64,000 bases of DNA from an uncultured Rhodospirillaceae bacterium (GCA_964408805.1 CAYPAV010000016.1:23006-87005), one strand, 5' to 3'; numbered from the stretch's first letter, positions 31,578 through 41,187 are shown. The notes: a model not told the origin generated them from the letters alone. Numbers and translations are program-made.

Positions 31578-32780
31578 ATGCGCACCTTCGAAGGCATCAC
31601 CGTCATCGACTTCACCCAGGCGATCGCCGGGCCGTATGCCACCTATCAGTTGGCCCTCCAGGGCGCCGACGTGATCAAGGTCGAGCAGCCGGGCATCGGC
31701 GACCAGGGCCGACAGATGTATCCGCTCGACCAGGCTTTCAAGGATGTCGGATATTCCGGCATCTACCTCTCCGCCAATGCGGGCAAGCGCTCGATGACGC
31801 TCGACCTCAAGCACGCGGATGCCAGGGCGGTCGTCCACCGCCTGATCGAAGGGGCCGATGTGGTGGTCGAGAACTTCAAGGCCGGCACGATGGACCGGAT
31901 GGGCTTCGGCTGGGACGATTTGAAGGCGGTCAATCCCCGGCTCGTCTATTGCTCGGTCACCGGCTTCGGGCAATCGGGCCCCCGCGCCAGGGCGGCCGCC
32001 TACGATCCCACGGTCCAGGCGCTCTCCGGCGTGATGGCGATCAACGGTACGGAAGAGACGGGGCCGATGCGGGTCGGCCCCATCGTCGTCGACATCTCGG
32101 CCGCGATCACCGCCGCCTTCGCCATCGCCGGCGCCCTTTTCAAGCGGGAACGGACGGGGAGCGGCGCCTATCTCGACCTCTCGATGCAGGATGTGGGCGC
32201 CGGCATCATGGCGTCCAATCTCATGCAGACCGCCTATGGCGAGGAGCCGCAACCGATGGGCAGCCGCTCCCTCTCCGGCAATCCGATGGCGGACATCTTC
32301 CCAACGAAGGAGGGCGCGCTCCTGTTGATGCCGGCGATCGATGCCCAATCGGTCAAGGTTTGGCCGGTGCTGGGGCGCCCCGAACTGGCGACCGATCCCC
32401 GCTTCGACACGCTGGCGGCCCGGCTCGAGAACGACGCCGAATGCGTCGCCGTCATCACCGAAGCCCTCGCCTCCGCCGACGCCGAGACCTGGGAGGCCCG
32501 CTTCGGCGAGGTCGGCGTCCCCGCCGCCGCCGTCTCGTCGCTGCCCCGCGTCCTCGAAGACGCCCAGCTCGCCCACCGAGGCACCCTCCGCACCGTCCCC
32601 GCGCCGGCCCTCGACGGGCGCGAGATCCTCTACACCGACACCCCCTTCAAAATCACCGACGAGCCCACCGGCGCCGACCACCCCCCGCCGACGGTGGGCG
32701 CGGATACGGACGCGGTGCTGGGGGAAGCGGGGTATACGGCGAACGAGATCGCGGGGTTGCGGGAAGCCGGGGTGGTTTGA
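31578..32780 (+). CDS. CoA-transferase family III (CaiB/BaiF)
   Basis: IAGPYA..LA.QGADVIKVE, NAGKRS, DVVVENF, ITGFG-type SVTGFGQSGP and conserved Asp (VVDIS). Confidence 0.92.
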   Translation: MRTFEGITVIDFTQAIAGPYATYQLALQGADVIKVEQPGIGDQGRQMYPLDQAFKDVGYSGIYLSANAGKRSMTLDLKHADARAVVHRLIEGADVVVENFKAGTMDRMGFGWDDLKAVNPRLVYCSVTGFGQSGPRARAAAYDPTVQALSGVMAINGTEETGPMRVGPIVVDISAAITAAFAIAGALFKRERTGSGAYLDLSMQDVGAGIMASNLMQTAYGEEPQPMGSRSLSGNPMADIFPTKEGALLLMPAIDAQSVKVWPVLGRPELATDPRFDTLAARLENDAECVAVITEALASADAETWEARFGEVGVPAAAVSSLPRVLEDAQLAHRGTLRTVPAPALDGREILYTDTPFKITDEPTGADHPPPTVGADTDAVLGEAGYTANEIAGLREAGVV

Positions 32781-32808
32781 GGAGAAGACAAGTCCGATAC
32801 GGCGCCGA

Positions 32809-33720
32809 TCATCTTTTAAAGGGATGCCGTTCGATCCAGTGCTGGGCGATATCCGCCCGCCGGCAGACCCAAACATCGTCGAACCCGGCGATATATTCGA
32901 GCAGGCGGGCCAGGCCGGCGGCGCGCGCGGGGTGGCCCATGATCCGCATATGCAGCCCGATCGACATCATCTTCGGCGCCGTCGCCCCTTCCTCGTAGAG
33001 CAGGTCGAAGCCGTCCTTGATGAAACGGAAATAATCGTCTCCCGTCGCCAGATAACCGCGCATGAATTTCACGTCGTTGTTGGTCAGCGAATAGGGGACG
33101 ATCAGATGCGGCTTGCCGTCGACCTCGGTCCAATAGGGCAGGTCGTCGCTGTAGGAATCGGAATCATAGGTGAACCCGCCCTCCTCGACCAACAGCCGCC
33201 GCGTATTTTCGCTCGGCGCGTAGCGGCAATACCATCCGAGCGGCCGTTCGCCGACGGTGCGTTTCAGCGAGTCGACGGCAAGACGGATATGCTCGCGTTC
33301 GGTCGCCTCGTCGAGCCGGTAGTGCTCGACCCAGCGCCAGCCGTGGCAGCAGACGTCGTGCCCGGCCGCGCGAATGGCCGCCGCCGCCTCAAGGTTCCGC
33401 TCCAACGCCAGCGCGCATCCGAAGATCGTGACCGGCATGTCATGCACCGCGAACTGCCGCATCAACCGCCAAAAGCCGGCCCGGCTGCCATATTCGAACA
33501 TCGACTCCGCGCCGAGGTTCCGCGCCCCCGGCGGGAACGAGACATTGGAACTCTCGGTGAGGCCGATTTCGGTCTGATCCTCGCCATCGAGGATCGACGC
33601 TTCCGACCCTTCCTCGTAATTGATCACGAAATTCACCGCCAAACGCGCCCCGCCCGGCCATTCCGGATCCGGCGGCGTGGCACCGTATCCGACCATGTCG
33701 CGGGGATAATCCGAAGTCAT
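32809..33720 (-). CDS. Polysaccharide deacetylase family, allantoinase PuuE-like
   Basis: YPRDMVGYG..PP.P.WPGGARLAVNFVINYEEG, ESMFEYGSRAG, HGWRW and MMSIGLH.RI.GHP. Confidence 0.87.
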   Translation of the reverse strand: MTSDYPRDMVGYGATPPDPEWPGGARLAVNFVINYEEGSEASILDGEDQTEIGLTESSNVSFPPGARNLGAESMFEYGSRAGFWRLMRQFAVHDMPVTIFGCALALERNLEAAAAIRAAGHDVCCHGWRWVEHYRLDEATEREHIRLAVDSLKRTVGERPLGWYCRYAPSENTRRLLVEEGGFTYDSDSYSDDLPYWTEVDGKPHLIVPYSLTNNDVKFMRGYLATGDDYFRFIKDGFDLLYEEGATAPKMMSIGLHMRIMGHPARAAGLARLLEYIAGFDDVWVCRRADIAQHWIERHPFKR

Positions 33721-33942
33721 CGCGTTTTCCTTCCCTGCCCGGTGTGGAGTCCGAGGTTTGGAGGATCATAGGGCGGTCCAGGACAGGGCGACAGCGTGCT
33801 TGCATTCGGCCGTGCCGTGGGGAGGCGCGGTGCGTTGATTCGATGTGGAACTCGCTGAGAAAGCTAATTAATTGATATGCTGTCGCCTTCTATCCTTGGC
33901 GTCTACGTAATTCGATAGGGTGTGATCGTATCTCTAGAATTC

Positions 33943-35235
33943 TCAACGGGTAATGAATTTGCGTCTGATACCAATGACAATAAGAGCCATCAAACTCAGA
34001 GAAATCAGGCTTTGCAACGCCATCCAGATCTCCAACCAAAACGCATTGGCTGCTACAAGTGCATTTGTTGAAAATACGTTGAATGGCGTGATGACCGGTT
34101 GAAGGCCAAGAGTAACGGATCGGATGAGGCGTGCTTGAAGACCGTCTTCGCACAATAACTTATGCCATCCATCCAGCTCCAAGCAATTCGACGTCGCAGT
34201 CGCAACATCAAAACAAGAAATCATTGCGCAGGTATAGATGGTAATCCCGACAAGCCATAGGAACGCGCGCCCCGGTAACGTTCCATAAAATGCGGCGGCA
34301 TCGTAAAGGGTACTAATGGTTCGCGCGAAGGTTCCTTGATTGGGTCGGTCCATGCGTTTTTCAAACGCCTGGACATATTTTTCGGCGTCAACATTTCCAA
34401 GCTCACTCAAATTATTTCTCATATTTCGATATGCTTGGGGGTCATCGCTAACGTTGCCTCCAACACATCTCAATGGCGGGTTTCGAACAAATGTCACATC
34501 TCCAGTGAAAACATTTGATCGGGCAGAATCCGTCGAACTAAGAGGAGTGCTGAAGATTCGATTGACCCCGCCACCAATTATCTTGAGCTCATCACAACAA
34601 TTAGGATTGAGAGACAAGCTTCCGATCCACGATTTGGAGATATGAACCTTTGGCAATTCATCAGATGTATTGGTTTCTAGAACAATTCTTCTAACCCACG
34701 AATTAGCAATCCAAATTCTACCACCATATTCTTCGCTCACTACAATTTCGTGAACGTGCAAACCGTTAATAGCCACAAATGAATTCGAAGATTTCAGATG
34801 GATACCGTGTATATGAGCTCGGTTCGGTCCTCCAGCTCGTTCATCATAATTCGCTATATCAATTGTTACTGGCGTGAATCTTTGATCCGCTGAAAGACTG
34901 AGACTTAGGAAATCGCTTCCGTCCATTTCTAAAATAAATGAGGCTGAATTTGCGACCTTTTCATTACATCTACCCTGTACCCACAAGAATGGCGTCGATA
35001 TGCGATTGTCGTCCAGATTCGCATGGATTCTGTTTCCGAACCGGGCTTCAAACTCGTCTACTATCGCTGACGTGACGACCTTTGCTTGGGGTGAAAGCCC
35101 GGAAGTACTCAAAAAACGGTCGAAACCGCTGGGAAGTCTCGGTGTAGAGACCAATTGCCGCACGTAGACATATAGCCCCGCCAAGCCAGACAGGCTAATT
35201 CCGACGAATATGATTGATAGTTGCGATTCAATCAT
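33943..35235 (-). CDS. Hypothetical membrane protein: N-terminal TM, beta-solenoid-like middle, C-terminal multi-TM channel-like domain
   Basis: 430-aa ORF with repetitive I-x-I-x-x-S-W beta segments, QAYRNMR...YGTLPGRAFLW and a C-terminal helix ending IRRKF. Confidence 0.75.
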   Translation of the reverse strand: MIESQLSIIFVGISLSGLAGLYVYVRQLVSTPRLPSGFDRFLSTSGLSPQAKVVTSAIVDEFEARFGNRIHANLDDNRISTPFLWVQGRCNEKVANSASFILEMDGSDFLSLSLSADQRFTPVTIDIANYDERAGGPNRAHIHGIHLKSSNSFVAINGLHVHEIVVSEEYGGRIWIANSWVRRIVLETNTSDELPKVHISKSWIGSLSLNPNCCDELKIIGGGVNRIFSTPLSSTDSARSNVFTGDVTFVRNPPLRCVGGNVSDDPQAYRNMRNNLSELGNVDAEKYVQAFEKRMDRPNQGTFARTISTLYDAAAFYGTLPGRAFLWLVGITIYTCAMISCFDVATATSNCLELDGWHKLLCEDGLQARLIRSVTLGLQPVITPFNVFSTNALVAANAFWLEIWMALQSLISLSLMALIVIGIRRKFITR

Positions 35236-35386
35236 ATTTCAACCATACATTTATTAATCCGGAAAGAAAGAGCTTAACCAAATCGACAGTTCCGATGCCA
35301 GGCGACTAAATGAAATTCTGCCCCCTTAATAGTAGGCATGGCGTTCACATGTTCCCTTATTTTTTGAGGCCGTGAAGCAGTAGCTT

Positions 35387-36034
35387 ATGATGTCTAAATC
35401 AAATGTTATCGCTATGAATTCGGGACGCATCATGTTGATCGCCCGCAAGTCCTGCCAGCGAGCCACCGATCATGACCAGGACGATTCGCTGGCAGCAATC
35501 GTCCTATCGGCTATGGCCCTAGAATGCTTTTTAAATGAGTTTGAGGACAGATTGAGATCATCCCAATTCGAAAGAGAACCCCGTCATCTTCGCGATTTAT
35601 CATTCTCACTTACTACGCTCGAAGAGAAACGAGCGGGCATTCGAGCCAAAATCTCGACAATCCACTACTTTCTCACAGAGGGGTCCAAGATCGATTGGGG
35701 GCATCCGCCATTTCAAGACACAAAAGTTCTTATTGATATTAGAAATAAGTTGATCCACCGAAAGCCTGAGAGATTTGAGTATGAGTTCGAAAATACTGAC
35801 CGGGATTACGAACCGCACAACTTGGTCAAGTATCTTGTCAGCCGGAGTGTAATTGATGCTCCTCACTCAAAGGTTCCGGCTCAATGGAGCCCTTACGTGA
35901 TCTGCCCCGCGACCGCTCGATGGGCGTATAACTCGACACTCCAAACGACGTCCGCCCTTGTCTCCATTCTCCCTCAGGGCAGTGTTTTCAGCGGAACTAT
36001 TCGGTTCTTAACAAAGAATTTTCAGCCAATTTAG
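35387..36034 (+). CDS. Hypothetical protein with HEPN-like R-x4-H motif
   Basis: All-helical pattern with AIVLSAMALECFLNE and IDIRNKLIHRKP. Confidence 0.72.
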   Translation: MMSKSNVIAMNSGRIMLIARKSCQRATDHDQDDSLAAIVLSAMALECFLNEFEDRLRSSQFEREPRHLRDLSFSLTTLEEKRAGIRAKISTIHYFLTEGSKIDWGHPPFQDTKVLIDIRNKLIHRKPERFEYEFENTDRDYEPHNLVKYLVSRSVIDAPHSKVPAQWSPYVICPATARWAYNSTLQTTSALVSILPQGSVFSGTIRFLTKNFQPI

Positions 36035-36141
36035 GACGTTTCAGCCGCTGAACTCGCAATCGCCGCGTTTCCCGCTGTATCATGCCCGGGAACGCAATGC
36101 AGGGTCTACTTGACGCATCACACCAACAGGGGGATCGACCG

Positions 36142-37254
36142 ATGGCGCGGAATGGGATGAAGATCATGGATTCGGACATGCATATCATCGAGCCGCCGGA
36201 TCTTTGGGAGCGTTATATCGAGCCGAAATTCCGGGACCGGGCGCCCAAGGGGTGGCCGGGGCACGAGAACCCCTCGGTGCTTGAAATCGACGGAAGGGTC
36301 TATCCGAAGACGGCGGTGCGGAAGGACGGGAATTATCAGAAAATGTATGGCGGCCTCTACGAGCGCTACAAGCACGCGATCGAGGCCGGCTACGACGCGC
36401 CCAGCCAACTGGTCGGCATGGACAACGAGGATATCGACGTCGCCGTGCTGTTTCCGACACGGGGGCTCTACGCGCTGGCGAGCGACGAGATCGAGCCCGA
36501 TTTTGCCGCCGCCATTTCGCGGGCCTATAACGACTGGCTGGCGGATTTCTGCGCGACCGACCCGACGCGGCTTTTGGGGGCCGCCATGGTGCCGCCGCAC
36601 AATGTCGACTTCGCCGTCGCGGAGACCCGGCGGATGGTCACCGAGCATGGCTTCAAGGCGGTCTTCATGCGCCCGAACCCCGTCAACGGGCGGAACTGGT
36701 CGGACCCGCATTACGATCCCCTCTGGGCGGTGGCGGAGGATCTCGGCATCGCGGTGGCGTTTCACGAAGGCGGCGATGTGGATCTGCCGCAAACCGGCGA
36801 CCGCTTTCCCAATTCGATGATGAGCCATACCTGCACCCATCCCATGGCGATGATGCTGGCGGCGGTCGATATGATCGGCGGCGGTGTCTGCCAGCGCTTC
36901 CCGAAGCTCCGGGTCGCCTTCCTGGAGGGCAATTGCTCGTGGGCGCCGTTTCTGTTCTGGCGGCTCGACGAGCATCACGAATGGCGCCACGAATGGGAAG
37001 GCAAGGAACTGGCGCTGAAGCCGAGCGAGTATTTCAAGCGCCAGTGTTTCTTGTCGATCGAATGCGACGAGGTGCCGGCGAAATACGCCGTGGATGCCTT
37101 CGGCGGCGGCAATATCGTCTTTTCGACCGACTATCCCCATGGGGATTCGAAGTATCCGGAATCGGTCGGCCGATTCTTCGACCTGCCGCTCGCGGAAGAG
37201 GCACAGCGGAAGATCATGTGGGACAACTGCGCCGCGCTCTACGACATTCAATAA
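36142..37254 (+). CDS. Amidohydrolase_2 family (ACMSD/decarboxylase-hydratase-like)
   Basis: DSDMHIIEP, YNDWLADFC, VAFHEG, RVAFLEGNCSW and FSTDYPHGD. Confidence 0.9.
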   Translation: MARNGMKIMDSDMHIIEPPDLWERYIEPKFRDRAPKGWPGHENPSVLEIDGRVYPKTAVRKDGNYQKMYGGLYERYKHAIEAGYDAPSQLVGMDNEDIDVAVLFPTRGLYALASDEIEPDFAAAISRAYNDWLADFCATDPTRLLGAAMVPPHNVDFAVAETRRMVTEHGFKAVFMRPNPVNGRNWSDPHYDPLWAVAEDLGIAVAFHEGGDVDLPQTGDRFPNSMMSHTCTHPMAMMLAAVDMIGGGVCQRFPKLRVAFLEGNCSWAPFLFWRLDEHHEWRHEWEGKELALKPSEYFKRQCFLSIECDEVPAKYAVDAFGGGNIVFSTDYPHGDSKYPESVGRFFDLPLAEEAQRKIMWDNCAALYDIQ

Positions 37255-37264
37255 GAGCGTCCCG

Positions 37265-38179
37265 TCACACTTTCCGCTCGCCCCGCGCGTTCAGCAGGCA
37301 GCCGACGAAGATCACCGCGGCGCCTAAGAGCACGAAGGCGTCGGTCGGCTCCCGGTAGAGGAAATAGCCGAGGATCGCAGCCAGCGGCAGGCGGATGAAA
37401 TCAATGGGTGCGACCAGGCCGGCATCGGCCAGTGCAAAGGCGCGGGCGAAGCAATAATGGGAGCCGAGCCCCGCCAGCCCCGTGACCACCACCCAGGGCC
37501 AAAGTGCGGCCGACGGCATGACCCAGTCCGCCTGCACCAATGCGACACTCAGCGGCAATTGCACCAGGTTCATATAGAACAGGATCGTCAGCGGCTTCTC
37601 GCTCGACGCCATCGAGCGGGTGATCACGAAGGTCGAGGCGAAGCCGACCGCGGCGGCCAAAACGACGAGTGCCGCCGGTTCGATAATGGCGATGCCGGGC
37701 CGGAGGATGATCAGGATCCCGGCGAAGCCGAGCAAGGTCGCGAAGGTTCGCTTCGCGGTCAGGCCCTCGGCCAGGAACAGGGCGGCCAGGATCGAGGTCC
37801 AGATGGGCGCGGTGAATTCGATCGCGAAGACCTCGGCCAAGGGTAGGTGCACGATGCCGTAATACCACCCCGCCTGGGCACCCAGGTGAACGACGTTCCT
37901 GAACCCGTGCAGGCGCCATCGCCCGGTTTTGAAGAGGTGCCCGCCGTAACGCAGGATCAGCACGGAGACGACGGCGAGGCAGAAAATATTGCGGATGAAC
38001 ATGATCTCGAAGATCGAGATTTCCGCCGCCAACTCCCGCCCGGCCAGGGCCATGGCGATGAGGGAGATGACGGCGCCCATCATCCATAGGGTCGCCCGCG
38101 GAAGCGATTGCCCGGGAATGCCTTCTTTCACCAAATCCGTCCCGAATTTCCCGTTATTTGCCCGAGCGGCCGACCGCAT
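37265..38179 (-). CDS. DMT/EamA family transporter
   Basis: About 10 TM segments, LPLAEV.AI.FT.P and APIDF.RL. The start may be GTG 38131. Confidence 0.88.
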   Translation of the reverse strand: MRSAARANNGKFGTDLVKEGIPGQSLPRATLWMMGAVISLIAMALAGRELAAEISIFEIMFIRNIFCLAVVSVLILRYGGHLFKTGRWRLHGFRNVVHLGAQAGWYYGIVHLPLAEVFAIEFTAPIWTSILAALFLAEGLTAKRTFATLLGFAGILIILRPGIAIIEPAALVVLAAAVGFASTFVITRSMASSEKPLTILFYMNLVQLPLSVALVQADWVMPSAALWPWVVVTGLAGLGSHYCFARAFALADAGLVAPIDFIRLPLAAILGYFLYREPTDAFVLLGAAVIFVGCLLNARGERKV

Positions 38180-39530
38180 CGATCAATTTGTCGAGCGAGG
38201 AGGCCGCTTCGATCGATTGCGCCAAGTCGAAAATCTCTTCTGCCTGCGGCCGATCGATCACGCGGCCGCAGCAATCATGAAACTTCGAGGAAAGCCGCGA
38301 CTTCGGAAACCAGCGTTCCGGCTTCCCCATGGCTAGGGGCACGATCTCCTCCAAGTGTTGCCCGCCCGCCGTCTCGATGGTCACCACGGCGCCGAATTCG
38401 GTGTTGCCGGCAACGCGGTCGTCGAGCTCCATCCGCACCTTTTCGACCAGCCCCGAGGCGTTGACCCGGGGTACGGCCGTATCCTCGAAACTCTCCAGCG
38501 TCACGTCGCCGTCAAGCAAGGCCGCGGCGATGCAATAGCCCATGCAGAATTTCGCCTCGAGGCCGGTGGCCGCGCGATCATGGACCATCGGCTCGAAATG
38601 CATCTCGGTGACGCCGACCCGGATGGATTGGATGGTGTCCAGCCCGCCGTCGATTTCGTCGCGGAGGCGGATGGCGGCTTCGATCGGCGGGTGTGCCGCC
38701 CCGCAAGCGGGGTAGGGTTTCAGTCCCAGTCCGAATTCGGTGAGGATCTCGAGCGGGTCCCCCCAGGTCTCGAAATGCTCGGCGGCGATATCGCCGTGAT
38801 GGTTGAAGACCGCCGCGAAGCCGTATCCGTGCTCCAGGATTTCCCCACTGGCGGTGATGCCTTCCCGCGCCATCATTGCCGCCAGCACCCCGTTCCGCGC
38901 CGCATAGCCCGCATGCAGGGGCTTGGTCATGGTGCCGAAATTCGCCCGAAGGCCGCTCGCCGCCGAGGCCGCCATAGCGAGGGTGCGGGCAAAGGCGTCA
39001 CCCTCCAGCCGCAGCATTGCCGCCGCCGTCGCCGCCGCCCCCATGGTCCCGAAGGTACAACTCGCATGCCAGCCGTTCTTGTAATGCGCCGTGTTCAGGG
39101 CGCGCCCCAGCTTGCTGACCATTTCGATGCCGAGAATATAGGCGCTCAAGGCCTCGCCGCCCGACGCCCCCGAAATCCTCCCGGTCGCCAGCATCGACGG
39201 CACGATCGAGGCTCCCGGATGCGCGTAGGCGGGATGGGTGACGTCGTCATAGTCGATCGCATGGGCCAGCGTGCCGTTGTAGAGTGCGGCCTCCTGCGGC
39301 GAGGCCCGCCGGCCGGAGACGACCAAGGGGGCCGCGGGAAATCCGGGCCGGTCCGCCGCATCGCCGACGATCCGCCCCAGCATGTCGGCGACCGGCTCGC
39401 CCGCGCCCGCGACCATGCAGCCAAGGCAATCCGTGATCGCATCGATCGCCATTTCGCGGGCACGCGCCGGGAATGCGGCATCACGGCTTTGCTCGGCGAA
39501 TTCGACGAAGGCGGCGGTGGCGTGGGTCAT
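38154..39530 (-). CDS. MmgE/PrpD family protein
   Basis: NGTLAHAIDYDD, HPGA, GWH..CTFG, NFGTMTKPLHAG and KPYPACG. Confidence 0.92.
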   Translation of the reverse strand: MTHATAAFVEFAEQSRDAAFPARAREMAIDAITDCLGCMVAGAGEPVADMLGRIVGDAADRPGFPAAPLVVSGRRASPQEAALYNGTLAHAIDYDDVTHPAYAHPGASIVPSMLATGRISGASGGEALSAYILGIEMVSKLGRALNTAHYKNGWHASCTFGTMGAAATAAAMLRLEGDAFARTLAMAASAASGLRANFGTMTKPLHAGYAARNGVLAAMMAREGITASGEILEHGYGFAAVFNHHGDIAAEHFETWGDPLEILTEFGLGLKPYPACGAAHPPIEAAIRLRDEIDGGLDTIQSIRVGVTEMHFEPMVHDRAATGLEAKFCMGYCIAAALLDGDVTLESFEDTAVPRVNASGLVEKVRMELDDRVAGNTEFGAVVTIETAGGQHLEEIVPLAMGKPERWFPKSRLSSKFHDCCGRVIDRPQAEEIFDLAQSIEAASSLDKLIDAVGRSGK

Positions 39531-39669
39531 GGCGCGAAGTTTCCGCTTGTCCGGGATTGGTTCGGTTTCGGATAATAAAGCGGAATCCGGCGACAGTGGA
39601 CTCCGCCGTTCCGCCACCCCCACCAATGTGAAGCGATCCACCGACACATCCATCCCGAGAGAGGCGCCG

Positions 39670-40482
39670 ATGACCGACAGCGACAAGGTATTTGGAGGCT
39701 CGATACCGGAGCTCTACGACACCTATCTCGTCCCCCTGATCTTCCAGGCCTATGCGAACGACCTCGCCGAACGCACCGCCGCCCTGGCACCGAAGGCGGT
39801 CTTGGAAACGGCGGCGGGGAGTGGTGTTGTGACGCGCGCCATGGCCGCCGCACTTGGGTCCGATACCCGCTATACCGCGACCGATTTGAACCAGCCGATG
39901 CTCGATCACGCCAAAAGCCGGCAGGAAGGCGACGATCGCATCTCCTGGCAACAGGCCGATGCCCTGGAGTTACCCTTCGAGGATGCCGGGTTCGATGCCG
40001 TCGTCTGCCAGTTCGGCGCCATGTTCTTCCCCGATCGCGTCGCCGGCTATGCCGAGGCCAGGCGGGTTCTGAAGCCGGGCGGGTGTTTCCTCTTCAACGT
40101 TTGGGATGAAATCGGCGCCAACGAGTTTGCCGACGTGGTGACGGAAGTAGCGTCCGGCGTGTTTCCCGACGATCCGCCGCTGTTCCTGGCCCGGACACCG
40201 CACGGCTATCACGATGTGGCGGTGGTGGAGGCGGACCTGCGGTCGGCCGGTTACGCGGATATCGCGATCGCCACCATGGAGGAGACGAGCACCACACCAT
40301 CGGCGCGCGAGGCCGCCTTCGCCTATTGTCAGGGGACGCCGCTCCGAAACGAAATCGACTCCCGCGACGCGAGCCGCCTCGACCACGTCACCGATCTCGC
40401 GACCGAGGCCATTGAGGCTCGCTTCGGAACCGGCACGGTCTCGGGAAAAATCCGCGCCCATATCATCACGGCCGCCGGCTGA
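39670..40482 (+). CDS. Class I SAM-dependent methyltransferase
   Basis: VLETAAGSG, TDLNQPML, ADALELPFED and CQFGAMFFPD. Confidence 0.9.
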   Translation: MTDSDKVFGGSIPELYDTYLVPLIFQAYANDLAERTAALAPKAVLETAAGSGVVTRAMAAALGSDTRYTATDLNQPMLDHAKSRQEGDDRISWQQADALELPFEDAGFDAVVCQFGAMFFPDRVAGYAEARRVLKPGGCFLFNVWDEIGANEFADVVTEVASGVFPDDPPLFLARTPHGYHDVAVVEADLRSAGYADIAIATMEETSTTPSAREAAFAYCQGTPLRNEIDSRDASRLDHVTDLATEAIEARFGTGTVSGKIRAHIITAAG

Positions 40483-40758
40483 CCGGAGCGTTCACGTCGG
40501 GATTAGCCGCTGCCCGCGTTGGGGAAATGGGCCGTTTCATGTTAAGATCGGACCATCGGAGGCCGGAAACATTGGTTGGGCCTCAATAGGATATGCGGTT
40601 TCGGAGCGGCGGGGTTTGCCGCGCTCCCGAGACAGGGGCAATCCCGCGCCGAGCGGCAGTATATCGGTCCAGACCGCATTGGCCCTATCAATGCAGGCCT
40701 GCGCCCCGGGTCGGTTCCGGGCGCTCGTCGATCCGGTCCCAGGTTTGGGAGAGGAACG

Positions 40759-41187
40759 ATGCTCGTATCCGAAATTCTGCGCAAGAAGGGCGGTGCCGTC
40801 GTCACCATGTATCCCCACGAACGGGTGGAAACGGCCATTCGCGTGTTCAAGGAAAAGAAGATCGGCGCCATTATGGTGTGCGGCCCGACCCGCAACCTCG
40901 TCGGCATCATCACCGAGCGCGACGTCCTCCACGCCATGGTCAAGCTCGGCGCCGCGACCCTCGACGAGACGGTCGAGGCGATCATGTCCAAGGCCCCTAC
41001 CTGCAAGCTGGATGACGACGTCAAAAGCGTGATGCATAAGATGACCTTCAAGCATGTGCGCCACGTCCCCGTGGTCGAAGACGGCGAGTTGAAGGGCATG
41101 GTCAGCATCGGCGACATCGTCAAGAACCAGCTGGACGAGGCGCAGCTGGAGATCGACGTCATGCGGGACTACGCCCGGGCGCATTGA
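40759..41187 (+). CDS. CBS domain pair protein
   Basis: KIGAIMV, GIITERD, RHVPVV and GMVSIGD.VK. GGAGAGG RBS. Confidence 0.92.
   Translation: MLVSEILRKKGGAVVTMYPHERVETAIRVFKEKKIGAIMVCGPTRNLVGIITERDVLHAMVKLGAATLDETVEAIMSKAPTCKLDDDVKSVMHKMTFKHVRHVPVVEDGELKGMVSIGDIVKNQLDEAQLEIDVMRDYARAH

Larger units (their letters stand above)
33848..36057. mobile_element. Lower-GC two-gene islet (probable horizontal acquisition) bracketed by GAACTCGC direct repeats
   Basis: AT content rises abruptly (one spot count, 34681-34740, gave 23/60 GC). GAACTCGC occurs at 33848-33855 and 36050-36057. No integrase or transposase inside. Confidence 0.6.

Noticed and set aside
40483-40758. Structured-looking 276-bp leader upstream of the CBS gene as a riboswitch or ncRNA
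   Set aside because: Only imperfect GC-rich hairpins, with no recognisable riboswitch consensus. An Rfam/Infernal scan would be needed.
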